Shown: piece after piece, positions 1-12,590 of the stretch
How the letters are laid out: every line of letters begins with the position of its first letter
Position numbering within the stretch: the stretch's first letter is position 1
DNA from: Vicugna vicugna
Lineage: Eukaryota
Assembly (NCBI GenBank): GCA_013265495.1
Contig: MU058065.1
Span: forward strand, 4,872,976-4,936,975
DNA: 64,000 nucleotides
Direction: 5' to 3'
Program-made: the position numbers and the translations under genes
Notes under the pieces: generated by a model
The model's database searches: none
What the model was told of the DNA's origin: nothing
The model's input: only the letters and a program-made list of their open reading frames with translations

Positions 1-2613
1 TCGCTACCTTTTTTTACACAATGCTATAACCCGTATTGACATAGATACGATAATTTCACATATGATTGGAAAATAAAGACGTACTTATATAACTGATCCG
101 CTTTTGGCAAAGACCCAATAGAAAACTCCTGAATCTAATTTATCTCATTAATTCCTTTCTCTGGATATTTGAAACAGTCTTTTTTTGTTTTCAGCATGAA
201 AAAGCAGGAAATATTTTTATCCTAAAAATCCCTGGGGGCTATATTTACTATTTATTGATTGTACTTACTTTAAATTATGCCTTTGCTAAAATTCAGATTT
301 GTTTCCCATTATCAAGTAGACAAGAGATGGATTTCAACAGAGGTGACTAGGACATAGATGACCATCGACTTTTGTTTTGGAAAAAAAAGAACAAAGGAGA
401 AGAAATGCATTCTTCTATAATGAAATTTAAACCGTTTCTTATTAAAAAGTAGAAGATATTTGGTAAGCAAGGAGTTAACATGTGTCAATGGAGGGTAAAA
501 AAAGAGCAAGACAAGACAGTTGGTGGGGGCGGTGGTCCTTGGGTGGCAAAACAGAGCTATTATGTTAGGGGTCCCTGAGGAATCTTCCAGAATGTTCCAA
601 GTGACAGCTTCTTTTCCCTCCCACAGAAATTTTGAGGAAAATTACCTAAATTAACTAATTCCCTAATTCTCTTAATTGTCCCTATTAAAAAGTTCTTACA
701 TGTACTATATTTAAAAGAGAAAGAGAGAGGGAAGAAGGAACTGAATATATTTGTCTAGCACTGCTCTCTGCAAGGTGCCATCAACAGCTGGCGACCTGAG
801 TGAGCTGAGCCCGCTCTTCCTCTGCCCTGGCTTGTTGGGAGGATGGCAGGATGTTAGCAACTGAAGCAAGACTGGGAGAATAAAGGTAGACTCCTAGCAT
901 TTATGGATATTTTGAAATTTGGGGGTTTTTTAATGAAAATGTTGGTGAATCAAGGACATCTACAGTAATTACAAATCAAGTCTTTGGATTAGCCTGGAAA
1001 ATAAAAACATATTGTATATAATATAGTTTGCCTATAAAAAGTAATTTTGTATATATTTTATATATATATATATAAAATATAATGATAGGATAGAAACAAA
1101 CACTTTAAAAAGCTAGAAAATATTTTACATCCATTTTTCTTTTTTCCACTTCCTCCCCGTCCTCTTCTCTTCTGTTTTCTCGGTCTCTCATTTCCCCTGA
1201 ACAAGTCAAGGAAAAGTCTAATTCTGTCCATGAACTTGCCATGTGAACCTAGGTGGATCACTTAGTCTTTCTATGAATGAAGATCAACTCTCCTCCAGCT
1301 CTCTCCTTGTGTGATGTTTCTCTGTTTAATCACAATAGTCTGTAATGGATAAGCACTGCCTTTTCTCTTCTCTCCAGATGCTGCTGTGTGTGAGCTTCCT
1401 CTGCTGGGATGTGGTAGGATGTAGTCTATCACTAGACACAGCAAAATCTGTATGGAGGGAGGATCTAAGGGATGTTGACAGAAGGATATGAGATCTGATC
1501 TATTCAACAATAAATATGTACATGGAGAAATTTCAGGGCAAAAGAAAGGATTGGGGGTTCTGGCTCTGCAGGATAGTGTGGACCCGCTTCGATGGTGTTT
1601 CATGGAACAGGGATATATATCTCTCACTCACTATCTCCTTCTTTCTCAGCAGTCCTTTTTCCCTGTCTACCTTTAACTATCACAATTACTTTCCCTTTTT
1701 CACTACTGTCTGAAACCTTCTTGTTTTTTGTCTAACCCTGGTGGAATTTCAAGTCTTCCTCCTTCAACTCACCCTTGGGTCAACCTCTCTGATGCATCCA
1801 TGGTTGCTGTAATCGTTCTCCACCTCCAGGCAATAGGAGTGTGTCTACTTCTCTGTGCTACACGGGTTGCATATTCACAATCATTTCACATTACGCACTG
1901 TCTTGCCCTGTGGTATCAATTCCTTAATCACTGAAACATGAAGCATCCTCAAGTTAAATCATCCCTCATTCTATGTATACAGCAGATTGAGTACAGCTTC
2001 CTATACTTTATCATTGGCTCCAACTTAAGAATTCCTGTTAAAGGGATTATTCTAGCATCTCCTGTTCAGAACTCTTTGTTTCACTCTTTTTCCACATTCC
2101 AACATTCCTTGATAACTTTCTCAACCATCTTCTACCAAGTAAGGTTAAGTCATTACGCAGTCTAAGAGCAACATACCGATCTACAGAGATGAGCCAGTGT
2201 CTCAATTGTTACATGTTTAATGCTCCTTATTTTAGCAGACCAGTGGTCTAATGAAAGAATGACTTTTATCTCATTCTAAGCTCAGGTCATCTCATCTGTA
2301 CCATTTGGTTTCAACAGCATGGATGAACAAAATTGTCCTATAACTGCTCAGTGGTATAAAAACAAATCCACTAGCAATTCTCATATTTTAAGCATCACTT
2401 GGTACCAAGTTAATACCAACGTGCTGCTGATTCTAAAGAGTGTCACATAAATCTGATGAACAATTTCTTTCTTGCTACTGAGGGCAAAAGAAAAAGGCAT
2501 ATTGATTTAAATTCCAGCAGGACTAGAACAGCGTTCTATGAAATGACACTGGGTGGTGTCTCAAAACTTATTTTTCTCCATGTCTTTGTTCCTGGAAAAT
2601 CATTTCCTTTACC

Positions 2614-2637
2614 TTTTTTTTTTTTTTTTTTTTTTTT
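2614..2637. repeat. poly-T run (24 nt)
   Basis: Uninterrupted T homopolymer. Confidence 0.95.
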
Positions 2638-2715
2638 CTAAACAAAGTTGGCTGGGAGAAATGCATTCATTTTCTTCATCACCATTATAGCATTAAACCA
2701 TTAAGCCATTATAGC

Positions 2716-2942
2716 AGCTGAAGTATTTAGGGGAACAGGACTGCAATTCACTTGGAAACGCATCACAAAAATAAGATGGATTGATGCACAGATAGAGGAA
2801 TCCATAGAGGGCTAGATATGTGATCACGAAAATGTAGTAAAATGTTAATGGTAGAATCTAGATGGAAGGTATTCAGGTGTTCACTGGAAAATTCTTTCGA
2901 ACTTTATGTTTAAAATCTTTTTCATAATAAAAAATTAGGGGA
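2716..2942 (+). mobile_element. Ancient L1M (L1ME/L1MC-type) 3' end fragment
   Basis: AAAATGTTAATGGTAGAATCTAG...GGTGTTCACTG..AAATTCTTTC..ACTTT...TTTTCATAATAAAA resembles the 3' terminus of old eutherian L1M elements. Confidence 0.75.
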
Positions 2943-3298
2943 AAAGAAACCATTCAAAGGAAAAAGAGTCCTTTACCCACTCTCCTAGTTCATGTGATAG
3001 CACTCAGCCTTCAATATGTTGCAGGATCTGTTCTCCACTGATGTGCAAATGGACGAGCCTTCATGTTGCAAGGGTGTAATTAGGGCACCAGTGTAGAAAT
3101 TTGGCAGTCAGTGTTAAAGGGAACGTTTCAACTTTGTGCTGTGCTCATCAAAAGACAAGATGAGACACACTCTTTTGTCATGATATTTTTGCACTGTAAC
3201 CTGATGAAGTCTAGCATGCTTTTGCAGGCTGAATTCTACTCTACTCACTACCAGCAAAGCTTCACCTTTCCAATAAGGAGAAACTGAAAGGGACAGAA

Positions 3299-3302
<4 letters not shown>

Positions 3303-3330
<28 letters not shown>
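3303..3330. repeat. (AT)n microsatellite
   Basis: About 14 perfect AT units. Confidence 0.95.
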
Positions 3331-3334
<4 letters not shown>

Positions 3335-4794
3335 ACATCCTTGCTAATAAAAGTACAAGTAGAAACAAATAATGACAAATAAATGACAGCAAATCCCATA
3401 AGAATTGTAACAACCAAAAATGAAAAGAAGATGTTTAGAACCAAGAGATAAAACTGAGTGTGAATACTGTTTAGTCCATACAGAGTCATACAATATAAAA
3501 AGAGGTCATTATAAAAATTCATGTGGTATGCAGTGTGACACTGGGTATGAAGCATATTCATAGAGTTTCTAACAATGCATCATCTTCATTAAAGCCAGAA
3601 TTATTCTCCTTTTCCAGAATTTCATTTATGAAAGAGTAGGCGATATCCAGTTTGAGGCATAAGCCAGTCAGGGAAGGGAAATTTTTTCTACTTCTAATTC
3701 TAGGGCTAATTGTTGGTAATATAAGAACCCATCGCCTATCTAGTTACCTTTCTGAAAGGCATACGCTTTCCTGGGCTATCTGAAAATGCTGACTGTTATC
3801 AAAGACAGTGTCTAGACAAGCCACTGACCTTTTCCCTATCATGACCTACATTTGTCATTCCTCTAACTTTACCTTTGGCAGAAATAGTAAATATAAAAAG
3901 CATATCACATCTTAAAAAAATCTGAGAAGACTGTAGCCCATCAATTCTTTTCTCTTTTAATGTTAAAAGTGATCTGGAATTGATTTATTTATATCCTTTA
4001 AACATAGAATAGTTTCCATCATTTTCCTTTCTTTTTCTTTTGAATAATGCTGTTTAAAAAAAAAGGGGGGGACAAACATTCCAAAAACATACTCCAAGAC
4101 AAGAAGAAAAATATGAAAAAAAAAATTGAAGCTTGGCTAGTTTTGTGGTCATATGTTAAAATGTCATAGACATTTTGTTGGATGGACAAAATTTTGGCCT
4201 AATTTTATTTCTCTGATAAACTTTAATGATTTGTCAGTCACAAATGCCAGAATTGCTTTCTAATTTGGACCATGTGGTTTAAAAAAGATTTCTCAGTATC
4301 ACAGAGATTTCTTTGTACCACATGAGAGTTTTAATACATCATTGAAGCTGATTTTAATAGACACATTATCTCTTAGATATTTATTCTATACATTACATTG
4401 ATTTATTAAATATTAACATTTAGACATTTATTCAATTTTCTGTTCCAAGTGATTCTTAAGTATTTAACTTTAAATGTACTAAATCCTAAGTGTGATATTC
4501 TATATCTCCAGATAAAGCATTTTCACCTTAGCCAGCTCTGTCCCCTCCTTATGAAATCCCTCTGTGTTTTTTGCATGTTAGTTCCCAAGAAAGAGTAAAT
4601 TTCAGGTGGTACATGAGTTTCGTATGTGTTCCCTTTGTCATGAACAAAACTTTCATAGGGAGTATATTCTGATAGTGACGTTAATAAAGCACTGAGTCTC
4701 AGTGTAGTTTCTTTGGTCGTGCCTCAAAGGGAAACAAAAAATGGCAGCACATTTGTTGCAACATTTTCTGGGGTGTGTCTGTCTGCCTGTCTTG

Positions 4795-4931
4795 GTCTTT
4801 CTCTGTTTCTCTCTCCCTCTCTCTCTCTCCCTCTCTCTCTCTCTCTCCTTCTTTCCCCTCACTTCTTTCTCTCTACTTCCCTCCCTCTCTCCTCTCTCTC
4901 CCCTTTTTAACCTTCTCATCTCACTTTCTCT
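4795..4931. repeat. CT-rich polypyrimidine low-complexity tract
   Basis: (CT)n and CCCT runs; explains the four overlapping Ser/Leu or Arg/Glu ORFs here. Confidence 0.9.
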
Positions 4932-5240
4932 CAATAATTTTAGAACCATTTACTAGGGTGTATATTTGAAACGTAAGCCAGGATAAGACACTCACAATGA
5001 AGTACATCTCAAGATGTACCAAAATATTCATAGTTTTCCAGTAATTGTGCCATATAGCCTATATATTTTCTCCAGTTATCTGGAAAATCAGACAGAGGCT
5101 TGAATCATCTAAGCAACTGCATAAAATTTCCCTATGTTGCTAGTGTAGACAGGCAAAGAGTACAACCTACAATTTGACAGAGAACAATGCTTTAGTTGTA
5201 CTTAATATCTAAACAATCAGATATGTCTTTTTTTTCCCCA

Positions 5241-5248
5241 TGACGTCA
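5241..5248. promoter_or_regulatory. Perfect CRE palindrome TGACGTCA (motif only)
   Basis: Exact TGACGTCA with intact CpG; function untested. A second copy lies at 28809-28816 inside an L2. Confidence 0.25.
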
Positions 5249-7169
5249 AACTTTTTTTTTTCAAAAGTAGTTTGCAAAGAGTAATTTCTTTGCAACTGTT
5301 TCCCCATGATTCTTCCAAAATCTGTGCCTCTTGTCTCAAGAAGCAGGACGGGGGAGAAGGAGGAGGATGACAATTATGATCATTAAGATCATGAGTATTT
5401 GAATAACTCTTAATTATATTTAAAGGACTTTCAAACAGAGTACTCCCATGGACCCTCCAAGAAATTTCTGAGATTTACATGTCATATACAGGAGTAAAAA
5501 ATAAATGATAGAAGATCTGATAACCCATTCATCACATATATGGGGATAACAATAGCCTAGAATCATAACAGACATCTTTACAAATGACAATGGAATTCAG
5601 TGTTGACACTGTCTTAACAGATTTGTCTACAGTATTAAACAAGGCCATGCATCAATAATTATTGCAATGTGGAATATTTGAGAAACAGATACTGTTGTGA
5701 TCATTTGACACTTTGGTGGGTCACGTATACAGGACATCTACACTCTTCACAATATAACCTGAAAAACAGCTTGAAAATGGAGTTGGCACATTCAGTAGTC
5801 ACCCACCCTCGCGCACCGCTGTACCCATGGCAGTATGACACCGGCTGCTGAATCTATGCGAACTGTGAACAGAAAAGTTCCACAGTTGCTCTTCTCTCCT
5901 GAACGTGCTGTTAGAAGATCATGACCAAGAACACCGGCAGAGTAGACCAGGACTGAGGAACTGGCTGCGGGCGGCGCCATCTGCACCGATCAGACACCAC
6001 CCTTTCACAATCTGCTAGGCAATTACAGAGCTGGTGGGGAACACTTGCCACAGTTCATGTCATGAAAAATAGGAGAAAGGAAAGTAATGTCTATGTTATT
6101 TAATCTGCTTGAAAGTGGCTTAAAGTAAATCTTTATTCCAAATAATTTTAGGGCTACTTAATTCCAAACAAACGTTACTCCAAATTTTAAGTTTGGATTG
6201 GCTTTTTAGAGCCCAAGACCTGATGGTATGACATGGGCCAATTTAAACTTATGTAAATTGCAGGAGAGTCAAAAACGTTATCAGCCCCATTCACGTTTGA
6301 ATTTTCTTGTATAGCAACATAAAAAGATGCCAAGATATTCTCAGCTTCTCCGGGGTCATTTTGGAGGTAGGGAGCCAACAGTTCTCTCCAATTTCATCCA
6401 CCCTTTCTTCCTCTACCCAGTTATGACTTTCTTCTTTGAGTAGGGGGATGCTGTGGTCTTAGAAACGCTTAAGAATTTGTAACTCTGAGGGTGGATCATT
6501 AGATGCATTTTTTTTAAGCCTAAGGAGGGGAAATTTTCCACATAGGTCTATGACATGCCTGTATGTATATGGGAGGAATTTGTCATGGGTCCATGTCTCT
6601 TTTTACACAGTATGACAGATATAATTTTTAAAAACATAGTCTATAAGTATCAATAAAGTTGGACTAGTGGTATGAAATCATAATCAGAAGAGACTAAAAT
6701 GCTCCCAGGTCCATTGGAATAATGCCTACCTATAGCTTAACCAGAAACATTTACAGATCTAAAGAAATAGGTACCAGCAATGGGACAAGGAGAAACAGAA
6801 TGCCAGGGGGCAGGGCTGGCCCAGGGGGTGCAGGACCACCCAGGGGAGTGATTAGCAGATCTTGCTGAATGCATCTCTAGTGAGCACTGCAGGGCAGATG
6901 GGGACCAGAAGGATTCATGATATTGCAGAAATGCTCTCCTGGAGTCCATTCCATTATGAAGAAAGAATATATATTCTCTCTCTCTCCCTCTCAACTTAGA
7001 AATCCTACCCAAGAAAGTGGAAAGTTTCTTTGAGCTTTTGAGCTTCTCTATGGAGATGCGATTCCAGAGGCATCTACTGAGGGAAGAATGGCCTCAAGTC
7101 CTGGTTAGTGGTGAGCATCAATGTGGGGTAGTTGGCAGAGCAACTCAAGTTTTGGTTTTTTTCTTTCTA

Positions 7170-7285
7170 CTAGAATGTAAACTCCTGGAGGGCAAGACTG
7201 ACCCTGTTTTGCTCAACACTTCATACATTGTATATAACACAGTTCTTGGTATGAAATAGGTACTTAAAAATGAATGATGCATGAA
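7170..7285 (+). mobile_element. L2 3' end
   Basis: CTAGAATGTAAACTCCTGGAGGGCAAGAC...ACACAGTTCTTGG...TAGGTACTTAAAAATGAATGA matches the L2 3' terminus. Confidence 0.8.
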
Positions 7286-8084
7286 CAGATTGAAGGGTGA
7301 ATTAATGGCCCCAACACTGAATATGTGATCTTCAGCAACTCAACATCCCTCAGACCCCTCACCTGTTGAATCAGGGATTGGGCTCCTCAGATCCCTGAGG
7401 GCTCTGAAGATGGATGTTCTGTGGTTCTGCTTCACTTGTAGGCAGTCGTAGGTAAGAAGGGATGGTGGAGTGAGCAGCAGAGAAGGGCAGTGAAGGGACA
7501 AAAAGGGGAAGGAGAAAGATGAGCAGGTTTTTCTCAGAAGACCACAGGCTTCCAAATACAAGACATGGTAATTCATTTACAGGGAGATTCTCACATCCTC
7601 TTCTCTGCTTGTCACTGCCGGGAGGTGACTCCTCTAGTGGTAGAATATTTACTGCCATGCTGGTTCCCAGGCTTCACTTCAACAGCATCCTATACAAGAG
7701 GGAAAACCCATGTCTCTTTCCTTAAGACTTGAGCTAAGTCCTATCTCCTCTATGATTCTTTCTAGGGTTCATTCAAGTCTTCCTTATCATCTCCCCTAAA
7801 CAAGTAGATGTGTCTGCCCTCTTGGGCCAGCCCTGCCCCCAGCACTGAATCTTTCAGCAACTGCTTCCTCTTTGTCCCTGCTGCCCATTAGGAGTCCCCC
7901 TCAGCACCAGCAGAGCAACCCTCCACCTGTTCTGTTTTGGTGGATGACAAAGCTGTAAAATCAAAGGCAGTTAAGTGGTAGTGTTCCTTAAAGGAGCTCA
8001 ATATTGTTAGTATCAATTACATGTTAATGGAACATTTTTGTCTGATGAGAAAGAGGGAAGGGATGATTGATGACCAACCTTGGA

Positions 8085-8235
8085 GGCATTTATGTTGTGG
8101 CCGAAATCCATGAGAGCTGGATCTAGTCAAAACCTGGTTTCAAGTCCAGGATCTTCAGTCCTCCAGCTGTGTGACTTAGACAAGGTTCTCAATCTTTGCG
8201 AACCTCAGCTTTCCCACCTCAAATCTGGGGCAGTC
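8085..8235 (+). mobile_element. MIR SINE
   Basis: Core CCTGGTTTCAAGTCC...AGCTGTGTGACTTAGACAAG...AACCTCAGCTTTCCCACCTCAAATCTGGGG. Confidence 0.8.
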
Positions 8236-9164
8236 TTGACTTCCCACATCATTGCTCTGATGATGACTAGCACTGGTCTGCACATAATGGGTACTCTGTT
8301 CCTATCTCTTTTTCCCTTCTAAAAAGGAAGATAACTGTTTCAAAGCCCTTTTCTTGTTCTGTGACTACATAGGGATGGCATAAAAGCAGAGATGTTGAGA
8401 ACTGGGGTGATGGCAAGAACGGCCATGAGGGCTTTTGAGCTAGTAAAGGATACAACAGGTGAAAAGAGGAAAGAAAGAAAGTGATCAGAGTCCACCAAAC
8501 TCTTTTATACAATCTCTTACATTCAAATAACTGTTAACCCATGTAGATGTCAGATACCACGTTGGGTACTTTCTGAGGTCATTTCTTTCTAATTTAATTG
8601 TTGCTCTAAAGAGCTCACAGGGAGACACATAGGATGACACCTATGCAATAAATTATGATACCATGTATTAATGGCTATAATAAAAGTCTGAAAAAGTGTC
8701 ATTGAAGGTGGAATTAAATTAATCTTTCAAATTCTCAGTTTAAATGACAGTTGGAAGTGTGGGTGCATGATGACAAAAATAACTTATACCACCAATTTGC
8801 AGAAAGGTATTTGGAAATGGTAAAACCTTAGCCAGACTGATTAATGGCCATTGAGCTGGTCAATAATATTGGGTCGATACTAAATAAAAAGGATGCTAGA
8901 AATCAATGAGAGTTAAGACTTGTGATAATGTCTAAATCACTCCTCTCCAAAGTGCTTTACCAACATCCACTAATTAATCTTTATGATACTGTGTTGAGAG
9001 TAATAAGTATCATTACCCCTGAATAACATTTTGAAATATCAGAGCTTAGGACCTTTCACAGACGCTCCCGATGTGAGACTGAGCACTTCCTCAGAGACAA
9101 CATCGCTGATCAGCTGTGGATATTATATCCTAGGAGCCACCTCTGACTAACAGCATCAACAGTA

Positions 9165-9360
9165 GAATTGTGACACGTGGCTTTGGAATCCCAGTTCTAT
9201 AATTTAGCAACTGTGTTTCTTTAGATGAGATACTTAACTTCTCTGAGCTTCAATGTCCTCATTTACTCAAAGGTATAGATGCATTTCTCTAAAAGACAGT
9301 TTCAGTGTTGGGATGAGTGCTGCTTAGAAACCCCTGGAACTAATAAGAGCTCAAGAAGCA
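9165..9360 (+). mobile_element. MIR SINE
   Basis: GAATCCCAGTTCT...ACTTAACTTCTCTGAGCTTCAATGTCCTCATT...GCTTAGAAACCCCTGG. Confidence 0.7.
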
Positions 9361-10379
9361 GCAGTCAGCCTTGTTGCCATTCTATTTATTTTTGGAAACA
9401 CTGGCTATGATCTGGGTAAATAGCCAAAGATGGGACCAGCTAAGAGAGACGCCCTTTGGAACAAAAAGAAACTAACGTGACTTGGGTGCTTGCGTTGTGC
9501 CAGGCATTGCGCTAAGCACACTTTGCGTTTTGGGTTTTGAAGCATTCTAGTCATCTCTCACAGCAAGCCGGCAGTGGAGCAGGCAGAGCTAACGGCCAAG
9601 CCCGAACTCTTAGCTCTGGAACGTGGCAGCTTCCACTGCACTGGAGCAGGCACTGCTAAGAGGGTGGTGCCCACTGCAGTGGTGGAAACTGCTGGCAGGC
9701 AGAAAGACCGGCTCCAGGAAGTCTTTCAGTGAGGGTGAGATGCCAGGTGTTGAGCTGGAGTGCAGGGGCAAGCTCTGGGAGAGGAACGCAAAAACAGGAG
9801 GACCCTCATCCCAAGATGAGAAGACTAAGAAGAATGTGAGAGCACTCAGAGCCAGAGAACTACACAGACATCCAGGGAAGACTGCAAGGTACAAGGGCAG
9901 GAGGCGATGCAGTGTCTGATAAACACATGGATCAGAACTGGGAGCTCAGAGCATTAGCCAATTAACTGGATATCCTTAAGGAGGGTTTTAATTTTACTTT
10001 ACTTTCAGCCGTTCTGCTACAGCCCCTTTGTCCATATGAAATTTTACTGGAAACCCAAGTTAAAATAACATCCAAATTTGTAAACTACAAGCCCAAAGAA
10101 GCTGGATGCTGTCTTGCCTCTGACACCCCTCTATCTTACCTTCTCCCAGTTCCTGAATATATCAAGTTTCCTTGGCCCTCTACAGTGCTCAGATCACCTA
10201 TCTGGTCTGCCTGGTAGCACCAATGCCTCCTCCCCAAGTGCAGCAGCCTCTCCAAGGGGGCTCCTTGAATCACTCTTATGATAAATGCTTCATTAATACA
10301 TTCATGGAATCATCACTTTTACTGAAGTTATCTTGCTGTTTCCCCTACATCCTCACCCTTCACCTGAACTCCCCATCCC

Positions 10380-10475
10380 CTGTCCAGGAGGGTAGGGACC
10401 GTGTCTGTTACCCCCAGCATCACAGCACAGTCCCTGCACATGGAGGGGCTCCGTAAACATGCGCCAGATTAACGA
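10380..10475 (+). mobile_element. L2 3' end
   Basis: GAGGGTAGGGACCGTGTCTGT...CCCCAGCATCACAGCACAGTCCCTGCACA. Confidence 0.7.
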
Positions 10476-11844
10476 GTTGGTAAGTGTAGAGCTCTGATGA
10501 AAGCTTCTATGCTTAAGACTTGGTCCTCTGTCCTCCCTCCATACTCTACTCTTTTGTGGCCACTAAGGCAGCTTAATTGCCACCCAGGACTCCCAGGACC
10601 TGTCCTAGGACATATGGTGAGACCTCCTTAATCCCACTCCTCTCTTGGAATCACAATCACTTTTTGAGGCAGGGCTCCAAGGTGGCAGCCAGCTCCGGGG
10701 AGAAGAGGATGCAATGCCTGGGGACTGGGCAGAACTGCCCACAGGGCAGTTTCCAGGGGCCACGCTGAAGGACCAGAGCCTCAATTCCTGCTTCTCACTA
10801 TGGCAGGCAGCCTGCTTGTGGCTATAAACAAGAGACAGCATATGCATGCCCTTTATTTTACTGTAATTATTAATTTTTTGGCAATAGGAGATTTTAAATT
10901 CAATGCTTCTAAACCTAGAATCATAAGATCCTAGGGCACAAAGAGACCTTGGCATTTCCTAGTGCAGCCTCCTGCTCAACTTATATTTTGGCCATCCACC
11001 TTCAGGAGATACAATAATTGCTTATTTCAAACAACAGAGGAGAGGAGTGGAGACCTTCTCTTGCTCTCTGACCTAGAGAGAAGGAGATGCTAATGGCGGT
11101 TCTGGGAGTGGGGGTGAAAAGGTCACTTCAGTAGCTCAGGGAATTCTGACAACACAGCAGGTGAAGACAGGAGCTGACCGTCAGGTTGTAGAAAGAGAAG
11201 GGGGTGAGAGGAAGCAGCACAGACCTTTGGACAAGCCCCAGAGGAAGGGTTTCAAGAACTTGTAAAATCAGGGGCTGCTCTTGGCCACCTGCACTGCCCT
11301 CCAGGCAGCCTCTGGGGTCTGAACCCAGCGGCGAAGTAAGAAGGACAGAACAGGTTAGCCAGGGTGAAAAGGGCAGGATGTGGAGCCAGCGGGAGTTTCC
11401 CAGACCCCAGCGACGCTAACACCTAGTACCTCTTGGAAGATGCTCTCTGGGAAACCCACCTTTGCAGCCCCAGGGACTTGCCCTTGACTCTTCTCCTGCC
11501 AAAAAAAGTGCAAGACAGTGAGCCTCAGAAGTTTGTGATTTATTATACAAGTAGGCACTATCTAGCAGTCGATATTCTCATGATGGCTGTAATTTCTCAG
11601 CCCTATCCGTGGGTAGCCATGGAAGATGAATTATGTTCTAGGTAATCACACAGATTTGACTTAAAATTGGATGATTATTTAAGACATAGGAAAGAAAAAG
11701 CATAGCTTTATTTTTTTCTTTTTGCCATAGCTATGAAGTGCAGCGGTGGGCAGTTTATATGAGTTGCAACACGATGCCCTTAAGAGTTTTGATTTCCTTT
11801 GCTGATAATGACATAATTATTCCTAATTATCAGCATTGATATTA

Positions 11845-12030
11845 GCTAGCTTTCATTGATCGCCATGCACCAGACACCATACTTTTCACACATAAACCTC
11901 ACAGACTTCAATAAGGCAGACAGCACAACTATCACTGTTTAATAGCTGAGAAAACTGAGACTCAGGGACACTAAGTCACTTGGCCGAGGGCCCTAGCTGA
12001 TAGGTGGGAGGCCTGGAATATGGACCCTAT
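11845..12030 (-). mobile_element. MIR SINE
   Basis: Antisense core GAGAAAACTGAGACTCAGGGACACTAAGTCACTTGGCCGAGG. Confidence 0.75.
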
Positions 12031-12279
12031 ATTGCCACCTACACCCTGAAACCCTTTTATCTTCTTGATACAACACCAGCCATGCAGTCAGGAAATGGAA
12101 TTCTAGGCACAGCACACGTACAGGTGCAGAAGTACGTGGAAGCCCAGTGCAATGAGAAGGAATTCTATATGGCGACAGAGTCATACATGAGGAGTCCCCA
12201 GGAAGGAGGAGACTGGAGAGACAGTCAGGAGCCAGGTGTTGCAGAGATGCTGTGTGGCATGAAAGGTGTTAAATTATTA

Positions 12280-12590
12280 CCTTTAGAGCAATTAAGATAT
12301 TTTGTCTTTTGTGTCAAAGCAATGCGATATTTTAATTTTGGAAAAATTGCTGCATTGGAAAGGAGGAAAATTGGATGCAGGAAGTCGAGTAACAAAGGTG
12401 TTAAAATGATCCAGCAAAGAGATGGTGGGAGTCTGAATTAAGGCAGTGGCTATGGGAGTGGAGAAGCCACAGACGCAATGTCTCTGGAGGAGGTGGATTC
12501 AGCCAAGCTTCGTGACTGGCTGGATATAAGAGAGTGGGAAAGAAAAGGCTCAAGGCTCATCCCTCAGGTTTTCAAGTTGTATAAAAAGGG
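12280..12590 (-). mobile_element. L2 fragment
   Basis: ATCCAGCAAAGAGATGGTGGGAGTCTGAATTAAGGCAGTGGC...GACTGGCTGGATAT is typical antisense L2 ORF2/3' sequence. Confidence 0.7.

Noticed and set aside
36..66. TTGACA-N19-TATGAT resembling a bacterial sigma70 promoter
   Set aside because: The context is clearly mammalian, the spacing is suboptimal and no ORF follows; chance match in AT-rich DNA.
4653..4969. Four overlapping ORFs of 64-98 aa
   Set aside because: Products of the CT/GA low-complexity tract.
5835..5870. SECIS-like spacing ATGA-N12-AA...GA, tempting to link with the TGA-containing segment at 23.6 kb
   Set aside because: Helix II does not base-pair, the AA-to-GA distance is short, and it is on the opposite strand from the TGA segment.
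5858..5889. Hairpin as a possible pre-miRNA
   Set aside because: The stem is only about 12 bp and does not extend; too short for a Drosha substrate.
6187..6378. Protein-looking minus ORF (APYLQNDPGEAENILASF...)
   Set aside because: Non-ATG start, in-frame stop just upstream, no convincing splice sites and no recognised homology.
12004..12441. 145-aa ORF
   Set aside because: Spans MIR and antisense L2 sequence; no recognisable domain.
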